Of a stretch of DNA of 45,400 nucleotides, positions 35,207 to 43,113 are shown piece by piece. The DNA comes from Verrucomicrobiales bacterium. GTDB lineage: Bacteria > Verrucomicrobiota > Verrucomicrobiia > Limisphaerales > UBA9464. The notes under the pieces are model-generated. The model saw only the letters and a program-made list of their open reading frames with translations. It had not been told where the DNA came from and made no database searches. Position 1 is the first letter of the stretch, and the number at the start of each line of letters is the position of its first letter. The DNA lies in NCBI GenBank assembly GCA_005801385.1, contig SYEM01000207.1, forward strand, positions 1 through 45,400, read 5' to 3'. Position numbers and translations under genes: made by a program.

Positions 35207-36370
35207 ATGCCGGCCACCGCCACCCGCCTCCACTCGTTCACCGAATCGGTCATCCGCGGAATGACCCGCCTCGCGCTGCGGCACAACGCGATCAACCTCT
35301 CGCAGGGGTTCCCCGACTTCGGTCCACCCGAACCCGTCCTGCAGGCCCTCGAACGGGCGCTTCGGGGCCCCCACCACCAATACGCCATCACCTGGGGGGC
35401 CCCGCGGTTCCGGGAGGCCCTCGCCCGGAAGATCCACCGCTTCAGCGGGGCGCCGGTCGATCCCGAGCAGAACCTCGTCGTCACCTGCGGCAGCACCGAG
35501 GCGATGATGGTCGCCATGATGACGGCCTGTAATCCCGGCGACCGCGTCATCGTCTTCTCGCCGTTCTATGAGAACTACGCGGCCGACGCGATCCTGTCGG
35601 GCGCAGAGCCCATCTACGTGCCGCTCCACGCACCGGAGTTCCGGTACGATCTGCAGGAACTCGCCCGGGCCTTCGAGCAGGGGCCCAAGGCCATCGTGGT
35701 CTGCAACCCGTCCAACCCGACCGGCCGTGTGTTCTCGCGGGAGGAGCTGACGGAGATCCTTGCGTTGGCCGAGCACCACGATGCGTTTGTGATCACAGAC
35801 GAACCCTACGAGCACATCGTCTATGGACCGCATCGACACACCTACATGCACGCCCTGCCTGGGGCGGCGGACCGGGTCATCACCTGCAATTCCCTCTCGA
35901 AGACCTTCTCCATGACCGGTTGGCGGCTGGGCTATGTCCAGGCCGCGCCGCGTATCATCGACCAGGCAAAGAAGGTCCACGACTTCCTCACAGTGGGCGC
36001 CGCCGCACCGCTGCAGGAGGCGGCCGTCACGGCGCTCGACCTGCCGATGGAGTACTACCGGGACCTCACGGATCTCTACACGGCGAAGCGCGATGTCTTC
36101 ATCGGCTGTCTCCGGGAGCTGCGCCTGCCGTTCCAGGAACCCGAGGGGGCGTACTTCGTCATGGTCGACATCTCCTCGCTGGGATTCCCGACCGACACCG
36201 AGGCGGCCGAGTGGATGGTGCGCGAGATCGGCGTGGCGGGGGTTCCTGGCTCGAGCTTCTTCCGCGAACCCGAACACCGATTCATCCGGTTCCACTTCGC
36301 CCGTCAGGAGGTGACGCTGCGTGAGGCGGCCTCCCGACTGTCGCGGCTTCGCGATGTCCGTGGGCGCTGA
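35207..36370 (+). CDS. class I/II pyridoxal-phosphate aminotransferase (YbdL/kynurenine-type)
   Basis: Track ORF 35135..36370; I prefer the ATG at 35207 (MPATATRLHSFTESVIRGMTRLALRHNAINLSQGFPDFGPP). NPSNPTGRVF is present. The PLP-Lys motif is NSLSKTFSMTGWRLGY. Confidence 0.85.
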   Translation: MPATATRLHSFTESVIRGMTRLALRHNAINLSQGFPDFGPPEPVLQALERALRGPHHQYAITWGAPRFREALARKIHRFSGAPVDPEQNLVVTCGSTEAMMVAMMTACNPGDRVIVFSPFYENYAADAILSGAEPIYVPLHAPEFRYDLQELARAFEQGPKAIVVCNPSNPTGRVFSREELTEILALAEHHDAFVITDEPYEHIVYGPHRHTYMHALPGAADRVITCNSLSKTFSMTGWRLGYVQAAPRIIDQAKKVHDFLTVGAAAPLQEAAVTALDLPMEYYRDLTDLYTAKRDVFIGCLRELRLPFQEPEGAYFVMVDISSLGFPTDTEAAEWMVREIGVAGVPGSSFFREPEHRFIRFHFARQEVTLREAASRLSRLRDVRGR

Positions 36371-36462
36371 TTGGGCGGCGTCGACACCATTTCAGCGGGC
36401 TCTGTCAATCCACAGGCCATCCCTAAATCTGGCGATGGTGGAGTGTCCGGTCGACGCCCAAG

Positions 36463-36798
36463 ATGGGTGACGTGAGAAATCCATCCCATTACAACCGGAC
36501 TAAGAACAACACCCTCGATGGAGCCACCCAGTGGCTTCGAGCCTTCTTCCACCTCAACCTCCCTGAGCTCGCCATCTCCATCGATTGGTCAAAGCCTTTG
36601 GAGGTCGTGAAGCGGGAAACGGTGACCGAGGAGGACGGCATGCGGCTGCCACAGCCCAAGGAACTGTGCACCATCCGTCTCTTCGACCTCGAAGGCGAAC
36701 CCGCCTACTTCACGCTCAGCGCCACAATCCTCGGGCCCGGGTTGCTGAATCGTGGTGAACACCTTGAGACGGATGAATCCGATCCGAGCGCCAATTGA
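36463..36798 (+). CDS. hypothetical protein (111 aa, acidic, no family recognised)
   Basis: Open frame with coding-like GC3 bias over most of its length (ctc aac ctc cct gag ctc gcc atc tcc atc ...). Local GC is visibly lower than the surroundings. I recognise no motif, and the start is uncertain. Confidence 0.45.
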   Translation: MGDVRNPSHYNRTKNNTLDGATQWLRAFFHLNLPELAISIDWSKPLEVVKRETVTEEDGMRLPQPKELCTIRLFDLEGEPAYFTLSATILGPGLLNRGEHLETDESDPSAN

Positions 36799-36845
36799 TT
36801 GGATCACCCAGTGGATCAACAGATCCACCCGACACGGCCCGGGGC

Positions 36846-38417
36846 CTAGTAGTCCTGGGACCGGCTCATCAGGGGCGACTGCCACGCGCCCTTGGCGCCC
36901 GGGGTGTTCACCTTGGGGGGGGCGTCCATCGGCGGGCCCATTGGATTCTGCATCTGCTGCGCCATCTGAGGCTGCTGCCCGCCCTGCATTGCCATCATCT
37001 GCTGGCCCTGCTCGCCCAGCTTCTGTCGGACGCCGTCGAGCTGCTCGCTCACCTGCTCGAGCTTGCCCTCGGTCTCGTCCGACGGCTCCAGGCCCTGGAG
37101 CTGGTTGAGCGCCTGCTCGGCTCCCTCGAGACGGGCGGCCTGCTGCTCCAGCGATTCATTCTTGGGTTGCTGCATCAGGCGGTCGGCCAGCTTGGAGAGT
37201 GCCTCCTCCAGACGATCCTGGGTCTGATCCGCCTTCTGCTTCAGCCCCTGCTTCTGCGGCTGGAGCTCTCCGGCCTGCTGATAGAAGTCGAGCGACTGAC
37301 TGAGCATCTGGGTCTTCTGCTCGAGACTCTGGTGGTCGGCCTGGTTCGCCAGCTGGTCGGCCTGGTCCTCCATCACCTGGGAGAGCCGACGATTCACCGC
37401 CGCCAGGGTCTCCTTGGCAGGCTCGTGGTCCGGGACCTTGTCGAGAGCCTTCTCCACCTGCTCCTTGGCCATGCGGAGCACCGCGAGCTTCTCCTTGGGC
37501 CATGGCATCTGGAGCTCCTGGGTCATCAGCAGTCGCGCATTGAAGGTCAGCGCATCGGCGAGGCGTTCCTTGCCCTGCTGCAAGGCCTCCTGAATCCCCT
37601 CGTCCTTGGGCTTGAGCTGGGCGGCGTCCTCGATCATGGCCACGCCCTCCTCGATCTCCTTGAAGTCGGGACGCGGGATCGGGGCCTCCGTCGGACGGGG
37701 CGCCACCAGACGGGTCGACTGGGACTTCCGGGTCCCCTCCTTCATCAAGGTATCGGCCAGCTGATCCCGTGAGGTCTGTTCCCCAGACTGGGCCTCGGGA
37801 TTGTTGGGGTCGGTCTCCTGGGCCGAGGTGAACCGCTCGAAGGCATTGCGGAGCTTCTCAAGTTTTTGCTGCAGGGGGGCGGTCGGTTTCTGCGCCTCGT
37901 CGAGGTTTCGCTTGGCGTCCGCGAGGAGCAGGTCGAGGAGCTGGCGTCGGACGAACTCGAAGTTCGACCGGTGGGTCGGGGTGTCCGATTCCCGGATGAG
38001 GCCCGCGAATTGCCGCAGGCTTTCGCGCCAGCGGGCGATCGTCTCCTCCAGATTCGTGCGCTTCGTCGCCTCACCCAGACGGAACTCGGCGTTGCCCTTC
38101 TGGAACCGGGCCTTGCGTGACAGCGTCCTCCCACCGAGGGATTCCGCCCGGTCCAGCGACAGCAGGGCGTCCTCGAACTGACCGGCCGCGTAGAGCGCCA
38201 CACCGTGGTCGTAGAGAAGACGGGCGTTTTCCGAATCCTTCTCCAGCGCCGCCGCCAACACCGTGACGGCCTTAGCCGCCTGTCCATTGGTGATCGACTG
38301 CTGGAGAGCCGGGATGTCCACCGGGGTGGCCAGCGTCGGCATCGACAGCACCGTGGCGACCACGAGGCCGGCACCGAGACGGCCGAGCGGAGAGGAGGTC
38401 AGGGATCCGGCGTTCAT
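36846..38417 (-). CDS. TPR plus long coiled-coil secreted protein (BatC/BatE-like terminal gene of the Bat-type operon)
   Basis: Signal-like N-terminus. A TPR-like region (AKAVTVLAAALEKDSENARLLYDHGVALYAAGQFEDALLSLDRAE) is followed by about 300 aa of charged heptad-rich sequence and a Q/M/P-rich tail (QQMMAMQGGQQPQMAQQMQNPMGPPMD). Starts 5 nt after the VWA gene stop. Confidence 0.75.
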   Translation of the reverse strand: MNAGSLTSSPLGRLGAGLVVATVLSMPTLATPVDIPALQQSITNGQAAKAVTVLAAALEKDSENARLLYDHGVALYAAGQFEDALLSLDRAESLGGRTLSRKARFQKGNAEFRLGEATKRTNLEETIARWRESLRQFAGLIRESDTPTHRSNFEFVRRQLLDLLLADAKRNLDEAQKPTAPLQQKLEKLRNAFERFTSAQETDPNNPEAQSGEQTSRDQLADTLMKEGTRKSQSTRLVAPRPTEAPIPRPDFKEIEEGVAMIEDAAQLKPKDEGIQEALQQGKERLADALTFNARLLMTQELQMPWPKEKLAVLRMAKEQVEKALDKVPDHEPAKETLAAVNRRLSQVMEDQADQLANQADHQSLEQKTQMLSQSLDFYQQAGELQPQKQGLKQKADQTQDRLEEALSKLADRLMQQPKNESLEQQAARLEGAEQALNQLQGLEPSDETEGKLEQVSEQLDGVRQKLGEQGQQMMAMQGGQQPQMAQQMQNPMGPPMDAPPKVNTPGAKGAWQSPLMSRSQDY

Positions 38418-38422
38418 GAGCG

Positions 38423-39469
38423 TCAGGTCGAGGTTGCAGATGCGGGTGAGGTCGCGATGGCGACAGGTCCGCGCCGCCGGACTGCCCGGTCGGCCGCGAG
38501 CAGAACCTGCCCCAACAGGCAGGCCACCGCCAGTGCCAGCGGGACGGGGAACAGCTCACGGTAGTTCTTCAAATCCTCCCGAGCCGCCGCCTCGGTCATG
38601 GGCTCGAGGATCTCCTTCCCGAACAGCTCCAGTCCCTCGCCCTTGTCGCCCAGCCGGTAGTAGCGCCCACCGGTCACAGCCGCCAGGCGCTGCAGGTTGC
38701 TCTCGTTGAGACGCGAGATGACTTCCTGACCGAAGCTATTCTTCGCCGCCCCGCCCCGATTTGAGGGCACCTTCGCGCCCCCCGGCGTACCGACACCCAT
38801 CGTGACGACCCGGATCTGGTACTGACGCGCCAGACGCCGGGCGGTCTCGACCGGATTGCTCGTCAGGTCCTCGCCGTCGGACACGAGCAGGATCAATCGG
38901 GGATTGATCCGGTTGGTCTCGAAGTAGCGCCCCCCCCGCTCCAACGCCGACGTCAGGGAGCTGCCCGGATCCTCCAGCAGGTTGGGGTCGAGGTAGCGCA
39001 TCATCATGCGCAACGCGAGGGTGTCGAAGGTCAGCGGCGCGTTCAGGTAGCCCACACCGCTGAAGGTGATGAGCCCCACGCGATCCGATCGGTTCGAGGC
39101 CAGGAAACGGTCGAGGGAGTTGGTGGCGGCATACCACCGGCTCGGACGAACATCCTGGGCCAGCATGGACCGCGAGGCATCCAGGGCGATCAGGTACGGG
39201 ATGCCCTGCAGGGAGGATTGGTCGCTCTTGCGGAACCACAGCGGACGCGCCAGCGCCAGCAAGGCGAAGGTCAACACCCCCAGGCTGAGGACGAGGTCCA
39301 GGTTCAGCGCCCGGGGCGAGGTATTGGACGCCGCCCAGGACCGATTCGGTCCACCGACGAAGAGGATCCGACGGCTCTGACCCGACCGACGCGACCGCCA
39401 CAGCAGCCAGCCGACCGCGGCGACCACCAGCGGGGTCAGGTACAGGATCCAGGAATGGGCGAAACGCAT
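38423..39469 (-). CDS. VWA domain membrane protein (BatB-like)
   Basis: N-terminal TM (ILYLTPLVVAAVGWLLW). The MIDAS motif is LIALDASRSM, with VGLITFSG and LVSDGED. A C-terminal TM segment is present. Confidence 0.85.
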   Translation of the reverse strand: MRFAHSWILYLTPLVVAAVGWLLWRSRRSGQSRRILFVGGPNRSWAASNTSPRALNLDLVLSLGVLTFALLALARPLWFRKSDQSSLQGIPYLIALDASRSMLAQDVRPSRWYAATNSLDRFLASNRSDRVGLITFSGVGYLNAPLTFDTLALRMMMRYLDPNLLEDPGSSLTSALERGGRYFETNRINPRLILLVSDGEDLTSNPVETARRLARQYQIRVVTMGVGTPGGAKVPSNRGGAAKNSFGQEVISRLNESNLQRLAAVTGGRYYRLGDKGEGLELFGKEILEPMTEAAAREDLKNYRELFPVPLALAVACLLGQVLLAADRAVRRRGPVAIATSPASATST

Positions 39470-39482
39470 GGCGTAGATGGGG

Positions 39483-40445
39483 TCAGGTCACACGTACATT
39501 CCAGATCCGGGTTCGGGCCAGTCCCAGCAACCAGCTCCCCAGCGCCACCGCAGTGAACCAAGGGTAGAGCTCCTGCCAGTTCACATAGCGCTTCTGGACG
39601 ATCTGACGCTTCTCCAGCTGGTCGATGGCCGTGTAGATGTCCCGAAGCGCCCGGGCATCCTGCGCCTGGAAGAACAACCCCCCGGTCATGCGGGCCACCC
39701 GGTTCAGCTCGTGTCCCGCCGCCGCGGAGGGGCTGACCGAGTCCGGTCCCACGAGGATCGTGTAGACCTTGATGCCCGCCCGCACCGCCATCGGAGCCGT
39801 GTCGAGCGGACGCGGACCGGCCGAGTTGTCGCCGTCCGTCACCAGGATGATCACCCGGCTTCGGTCGCTGTCCTGCTTGAGGAAAGTCGTGCCTGCCTGG
39901 ATTGCCCAACCAATGCCCGTTCCCGTCGCGAGCTCGGACTCCTTGAGCGAGGCCAGGGCCCACTCGTGGTCGAGCGTCAGCGGACTCACCAGCCAAGGCG
40001 TCCGGGCGAAGCAGACGATGCCAATCCGGTCGTTGGCACGGCCCTTGATGAAGTCCTCGGTCACTGCCACCAGGGCATCCCGACGGCTCACCCGACGTCC
40101 CTTCAGCCGGAAGTCCGTCTCCGCCATCGACCTTGAGAAATCCAGCGCCAGCATGATGTCGATGCCCTTGCTGGGATCCGGCATCTCGCCCCGAGGAATC
40201 CGGGGACGGGCCAGGGCCAGGATCAGCAGCGTCAGCGGCAGCAACCACCAGATCCAGGAGACCCGACCCGGACGGGCCTTCGGAATGCGCGCGAGGGATT
40301 CCATCCCCCGCAGCGTGGGCACCGGAATGGACGGCAAGGGCCCTCGTCGCCCCATCCACCACAGCAGCGGCGGGACCACCAGAAGCAGGAGCAGGACGAC
40401 CGGGTACTCGAACTCAAACCCGGAGATGAAGAATCCCGGATTCAT
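39483..40445 (-). CDS. VWA domain membrane protein (BatA-like)
   Basis: Track ORF 39483..40706, trimmed to the ATG at 40445 (MNPGFFISGFEFEYPVVLLLLLVVPPLLWW). The MIDAS motif is MLALDFSRSM, with IGIVCFAR and LVTDGDN. The ATGA start/stop overlaps the upstream gene. Confidence 0.85.
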   Translation of the reverse strand: MNPGFFISGFEFEYPVVLLLLLVVPPLLWWMGRRGPLPSIPVPTLRGMESLARIPKARPGRVSWIWWLLPLTLLILALARPRIPRGEMPDPSKGIDIMLALDFSRSMAETDFRLKGRRVSRRDALVAVTEDFIKGRANDRIGIVCFARTPWLVSPLTLDHEWALASLKESELATGTGIGWAIQAGTTFLKQDSDRSRVIILVTDGDNSAGPRPLDTAPMAVRAGIKVYTILVGPDSVSPSAAAGHELNRVARMTGGLFFQAQDARALRDIYTAIDQLEKRQIVQKRYVNWQELYPWFTAVALGSWLLGLARTRIWNVRVT

Positions 40446-41002
40446 CGCCCTCCCCCTTCGGCCGGCGGCTCCGTCTGGGTGGGGGCCGAGTCCAGTCGGC
40501 CGTGTCGGAGGAACGCCTCGGCCGCATCGAGCAAACCAGATCGGGACGCGGCATCCGCGGACCCGCGGGCGAACTTGATGCGGTCGCAGAATCCCAGATA
40601 CCGCCCCAGCCAACCGGCCGCCGGCTGGCTCACGTCGGCTCCACGGGCCGCGTGATCGAGGAACTCCCGGGTCGTCTGGAACCGGATCGCGAGACGGAAC
40701 CGCCATTCCACGAAATCGCGCAACAGTTCGGACGATTCAATCGACAGCGCATACGCATCGATTGTCGCCTGCCGCTCCCGCAACCGGGCCAAGCGCTCGA
40801 GGAACTCCGGCGTCCGGTCCGCCTCCGGGACGACCGGCATGTCCACCCGCCTCACAGGACGACGCCGGAACCAGCGCCGTCCGAGGACGAACACGAGAAG
40901 CAGTCCCACCCCCACGGCGAGCCAGAACCAGGGCGACTCCCACCACGGGGGCATCGGAACGAGGGTCAGGTCCTCGACAAGGCTGGTGGGTTTGTCCGCC
41001 AT
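40442..41002 (-). CDS. DUF4381-like single-pass membrane protein
   Basis: Track ORF 40442..41176, trimmed to the ATG at 41002 (MADKPTSLVEDLTLVPMPPWWESPWFWLAVGVGLLLVFVLGRRWFRRR). One TM followed by a helical domain, and the position between DUF58 and VWA, are as in Bat-type operons. Confidence 0.65.
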   Translation of the reverse strand: MADKPTSLVEDLTLVPMPPWWESPWFWLAVGVGLLLVFVLGRRWFRRRPVRRVDMPVVPEADRTPEFLERLARLRERQATIDAYALSIESSELLRDFVEWRFRLAIRFQTTREFLDHAARGADVSQPAAGWLGRYLGFCDRIKFARGSADAASRSGLLDAAEAFLRHGRLDSAPTQTEPPAEGGGR

Positions 41003-41025
41003 GGGTTCGTCGGGTCGTCGGATCG

Positions 41026-41946
41026 TCAGGCCACGCGTCGCTTCGCCGAGTAGTCGAGGAATTTCTGCAGTCGCTGGGGCCACGGCTGGTCGGTTCGGAC
41101 CTCCAGCTCCGGCACCCGGCTCCTCCGGAAGGTGGCGATGAGCTCCCGCTGGCGTTGTTCCCCCAAGGCACCCCACGCCGCACGAACCTCCGGATCCCCG
41201 GTGTCGATCTCCATCACCTCGCCCGTCTCGGTGTCCTGGACCAACGCCAGCCCCACATCCGGCAGCACCAGCTCGCGCTGATCCACCGTCCGCAGGGCGA
41301 TGACCTCATGACGCTGATTGGTCGCCGCCAACGTCCTCTGCCAGTCGCCCCCCGACGCGTCGTGGAAGTCCGAGAGAACGAACACCAGGGCCCGGCGCTG
41401 GAGCAGGTTGTTCAGGAAATGGAGTGCCGTCGTGAGGGAGGTTCCCGTCGACTGCGGCGGCGTGAAGAGCAGCTCGTGGAGGAGCCGGGTCACATGGGAG
41501 CGGGTCTTGCGGGGCGGGACATACCGCTCGATTCGATCCGAGAACAGGAGCATGCCCACCCGGTCGCCATCGCGCACCGCGCTGAAGGCCAATGCACCCG
41601 CAATCACCGCGGCGAGTTCGCGCTTGGTCGAGATACCGTCCCCGGACGCGATGAGCTCATCCCCGGCCGTACCGAAATGTCCGCTCGCGGACACATCGAC
41701 CAGGAGCATCACGACCAGCTCCCGTTCCTCGATGTGGCGCTTGATGAACGGCTTCCGGAGACGGGCGGTGACATTCCAGTCGATGCGCCGGACATCGTCG
41801 CCCGGCACGTACTCCCGGACGTCGGCAAAATCCATGCCCCGTCCCTTGAACACACTGGTGAGCCGCCCACCCATGAGCTGCTCGCTCACGAGCCGCGATC
41901 GCACCTCCACCTGACGCAGCCTCTTGAGGTAGTCGGGGGGCAGCAT
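41026..41946 (-). CDS. DUF58 domain protein
   Basis: GRGMDFADVREYVPGDDVRRIDWNVTARL is the hallmark DUF58 motif. It sits immediately downstream of the MoxR gene. Confidence 0.9.
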   Translation of the reverse strand: MLPPDYLKRLRQVEVRSRLVSEQLMGGRLTSVFKGRGMDFADVREYVPGDDVRRIDWNVTARLRKPFIKRHIEERELVVMLLVDVSASGHFGTAGDELIASGDGISTKRELAAVIAGALAFSAVRDGDRVGMLLFSDRIERYVPPRKTRSHVTRLLHELLFTPPQSTGTSLTTALHFLNNLLQRRALVFVLSDFHDASGGDWQRTLAATNQRHEVIALRTVDQRELVLPDVGLALVQDTETGEVMEIDTGDPEVRAAWGALGEQRQRELIATFRRSRVPELEVRTDQPWPQRLQKFLDYSAKRRVA

Positions 41947-41981
41947 GCGGCGACGGGAAGACTCCGGGGGCGGACGACGGC

Positions 41982-42980
41982 TCAGGGCACCTTGACCTTG
42001 CTGAGCAGGGTCTGGACAATGGACTCCGAGGTGATTTCCTCAGCCTCCGCCTCATAGGTGAGCAGCACCCGGTGCCGCAACACGTCGGGCGCGATCGCCT
42101 TCACGTCGTCCGGCGTCACGTGGTCCCGTCCCTCGAGCAACGCGCAGGCGCGGGCAGCGAGGGTCAGATTGATGGTGGCACGCGGGCTGGCACCGATCCG
42201 GACCAGCCGCTTGAGCTCCGGAGCGACCCCCTGCCCCTGCGTCGCCTCACGGGTGGCGACCACCAGGCGCACAATGTAGTCCTTCACGAGGGCATCGACG
42301 TGGATGCGGTTCACGAGTGCCTGGTAGCCCACGATTTCCTGCGGGGAGACCACGGCGTCGAGGGAGATATCCGGCCGGGTCGTGGCCATGCGATCGAGGA
42401 TCTGCAGCTCCTCCGCGGCCGAGGGATAGCCCACGATCACCTTCAACATGAACCGGTCCATCTGCGCCTCCGGCAACGGATAGGTGCCCTCCTGTTCGAT
42501 GGGATTCTGGGTCGCGAGCACCAGGAACGGGTCGGGCAACGGCCAGGTCTTGTCGCCGATCGTGGTCTGCCGCTCCTGCATCGCCTCGAGAAGGGCCGAC
42601 TGCACCTTGGAGGGGGCGCGATTGATCTCATCGGCCAGGACGAGGTTGGCGAAGATCGGACCCTGCCGGGTCGAGTAGGTCCCCTTGTTGGCGTCGTAGA
42701 TCAGGGTGCCCGTGATGTCACCCGGGAGGAGGTCGGGGGTGAACTGGATCCGGGAGAACTGGCAGTGGGTGGCCCGGGCGAGACTGCTGACCGCCGCGGT
42801 CTTGGCCAGGCCCGGAAGGCCCTCGAGGAGGATGTGGCCCCGGGCGACGAGGCCGACAAGGAGGCGGTAGACGAGGTCCCGCTGGCCCACGATCACCTTG
42901 CCGACCTCGGCCCGGACCCGGGCGAGGTGTTCGGCGGCTTCGGTGAGCTGGCGGGCGAGTTCCGGCTGGGCGTGCGACAT
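41982..42980 (-). CDS. MoxR-family AAA+ ATPase
   Basis: Track ORF 41982..43064; the probable start is the ATG at 42980 (MSHAQPELARQL...). VIVGQRDLVYRLLVGLVARGHILLEGLPGLAKT is Walker A and LADEINRAPSKVQSALLEAMQE is Walker B/sensor, with ATQNPIEQEGTYPLPEAQMDRF. Confidence 0.9.
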   Translation of the reverse strand: MSHAQPELARQLTEAAEHLARVRAEVGKVIVGQRDLVYRLLVGLVARGHILLEGLPGLAKTAAVSSLARATHCQFSRIQFTPDLLPGDITGTLIYDANKGTYSTRQGPIFANLVLADEINRAPSKVQSALLEAMQERQTTIGDKTWPLPDPFLVLATQNPIEQEGTYPLPEAQMDRFMLKVIVGYPSAAEELQILDRMATTRPDISLDAVVSPQEIVGYQALVNRIHVDALVKDYIVRLVVATREATQGQGVAPELKRLVRIGASPRATINLTLAARACALLEGRDHVTPDDVKAIAPDVLRHRVLLTYEAEAEEITSESIVQTLLSKVKVP

Positions 42981-43113
42981 AGATTCGAAGGACGACTCCG
43001 TCCAGCCAATCAAACCAGCACACGCCAAGTCGAGCCCCGACCCCTGCCAAATGAGGCTTCCCATGCTCCTCCTGGTTTACCGATCGTGCCATACGCACCC
43101 TGCCGCTGCCCCC

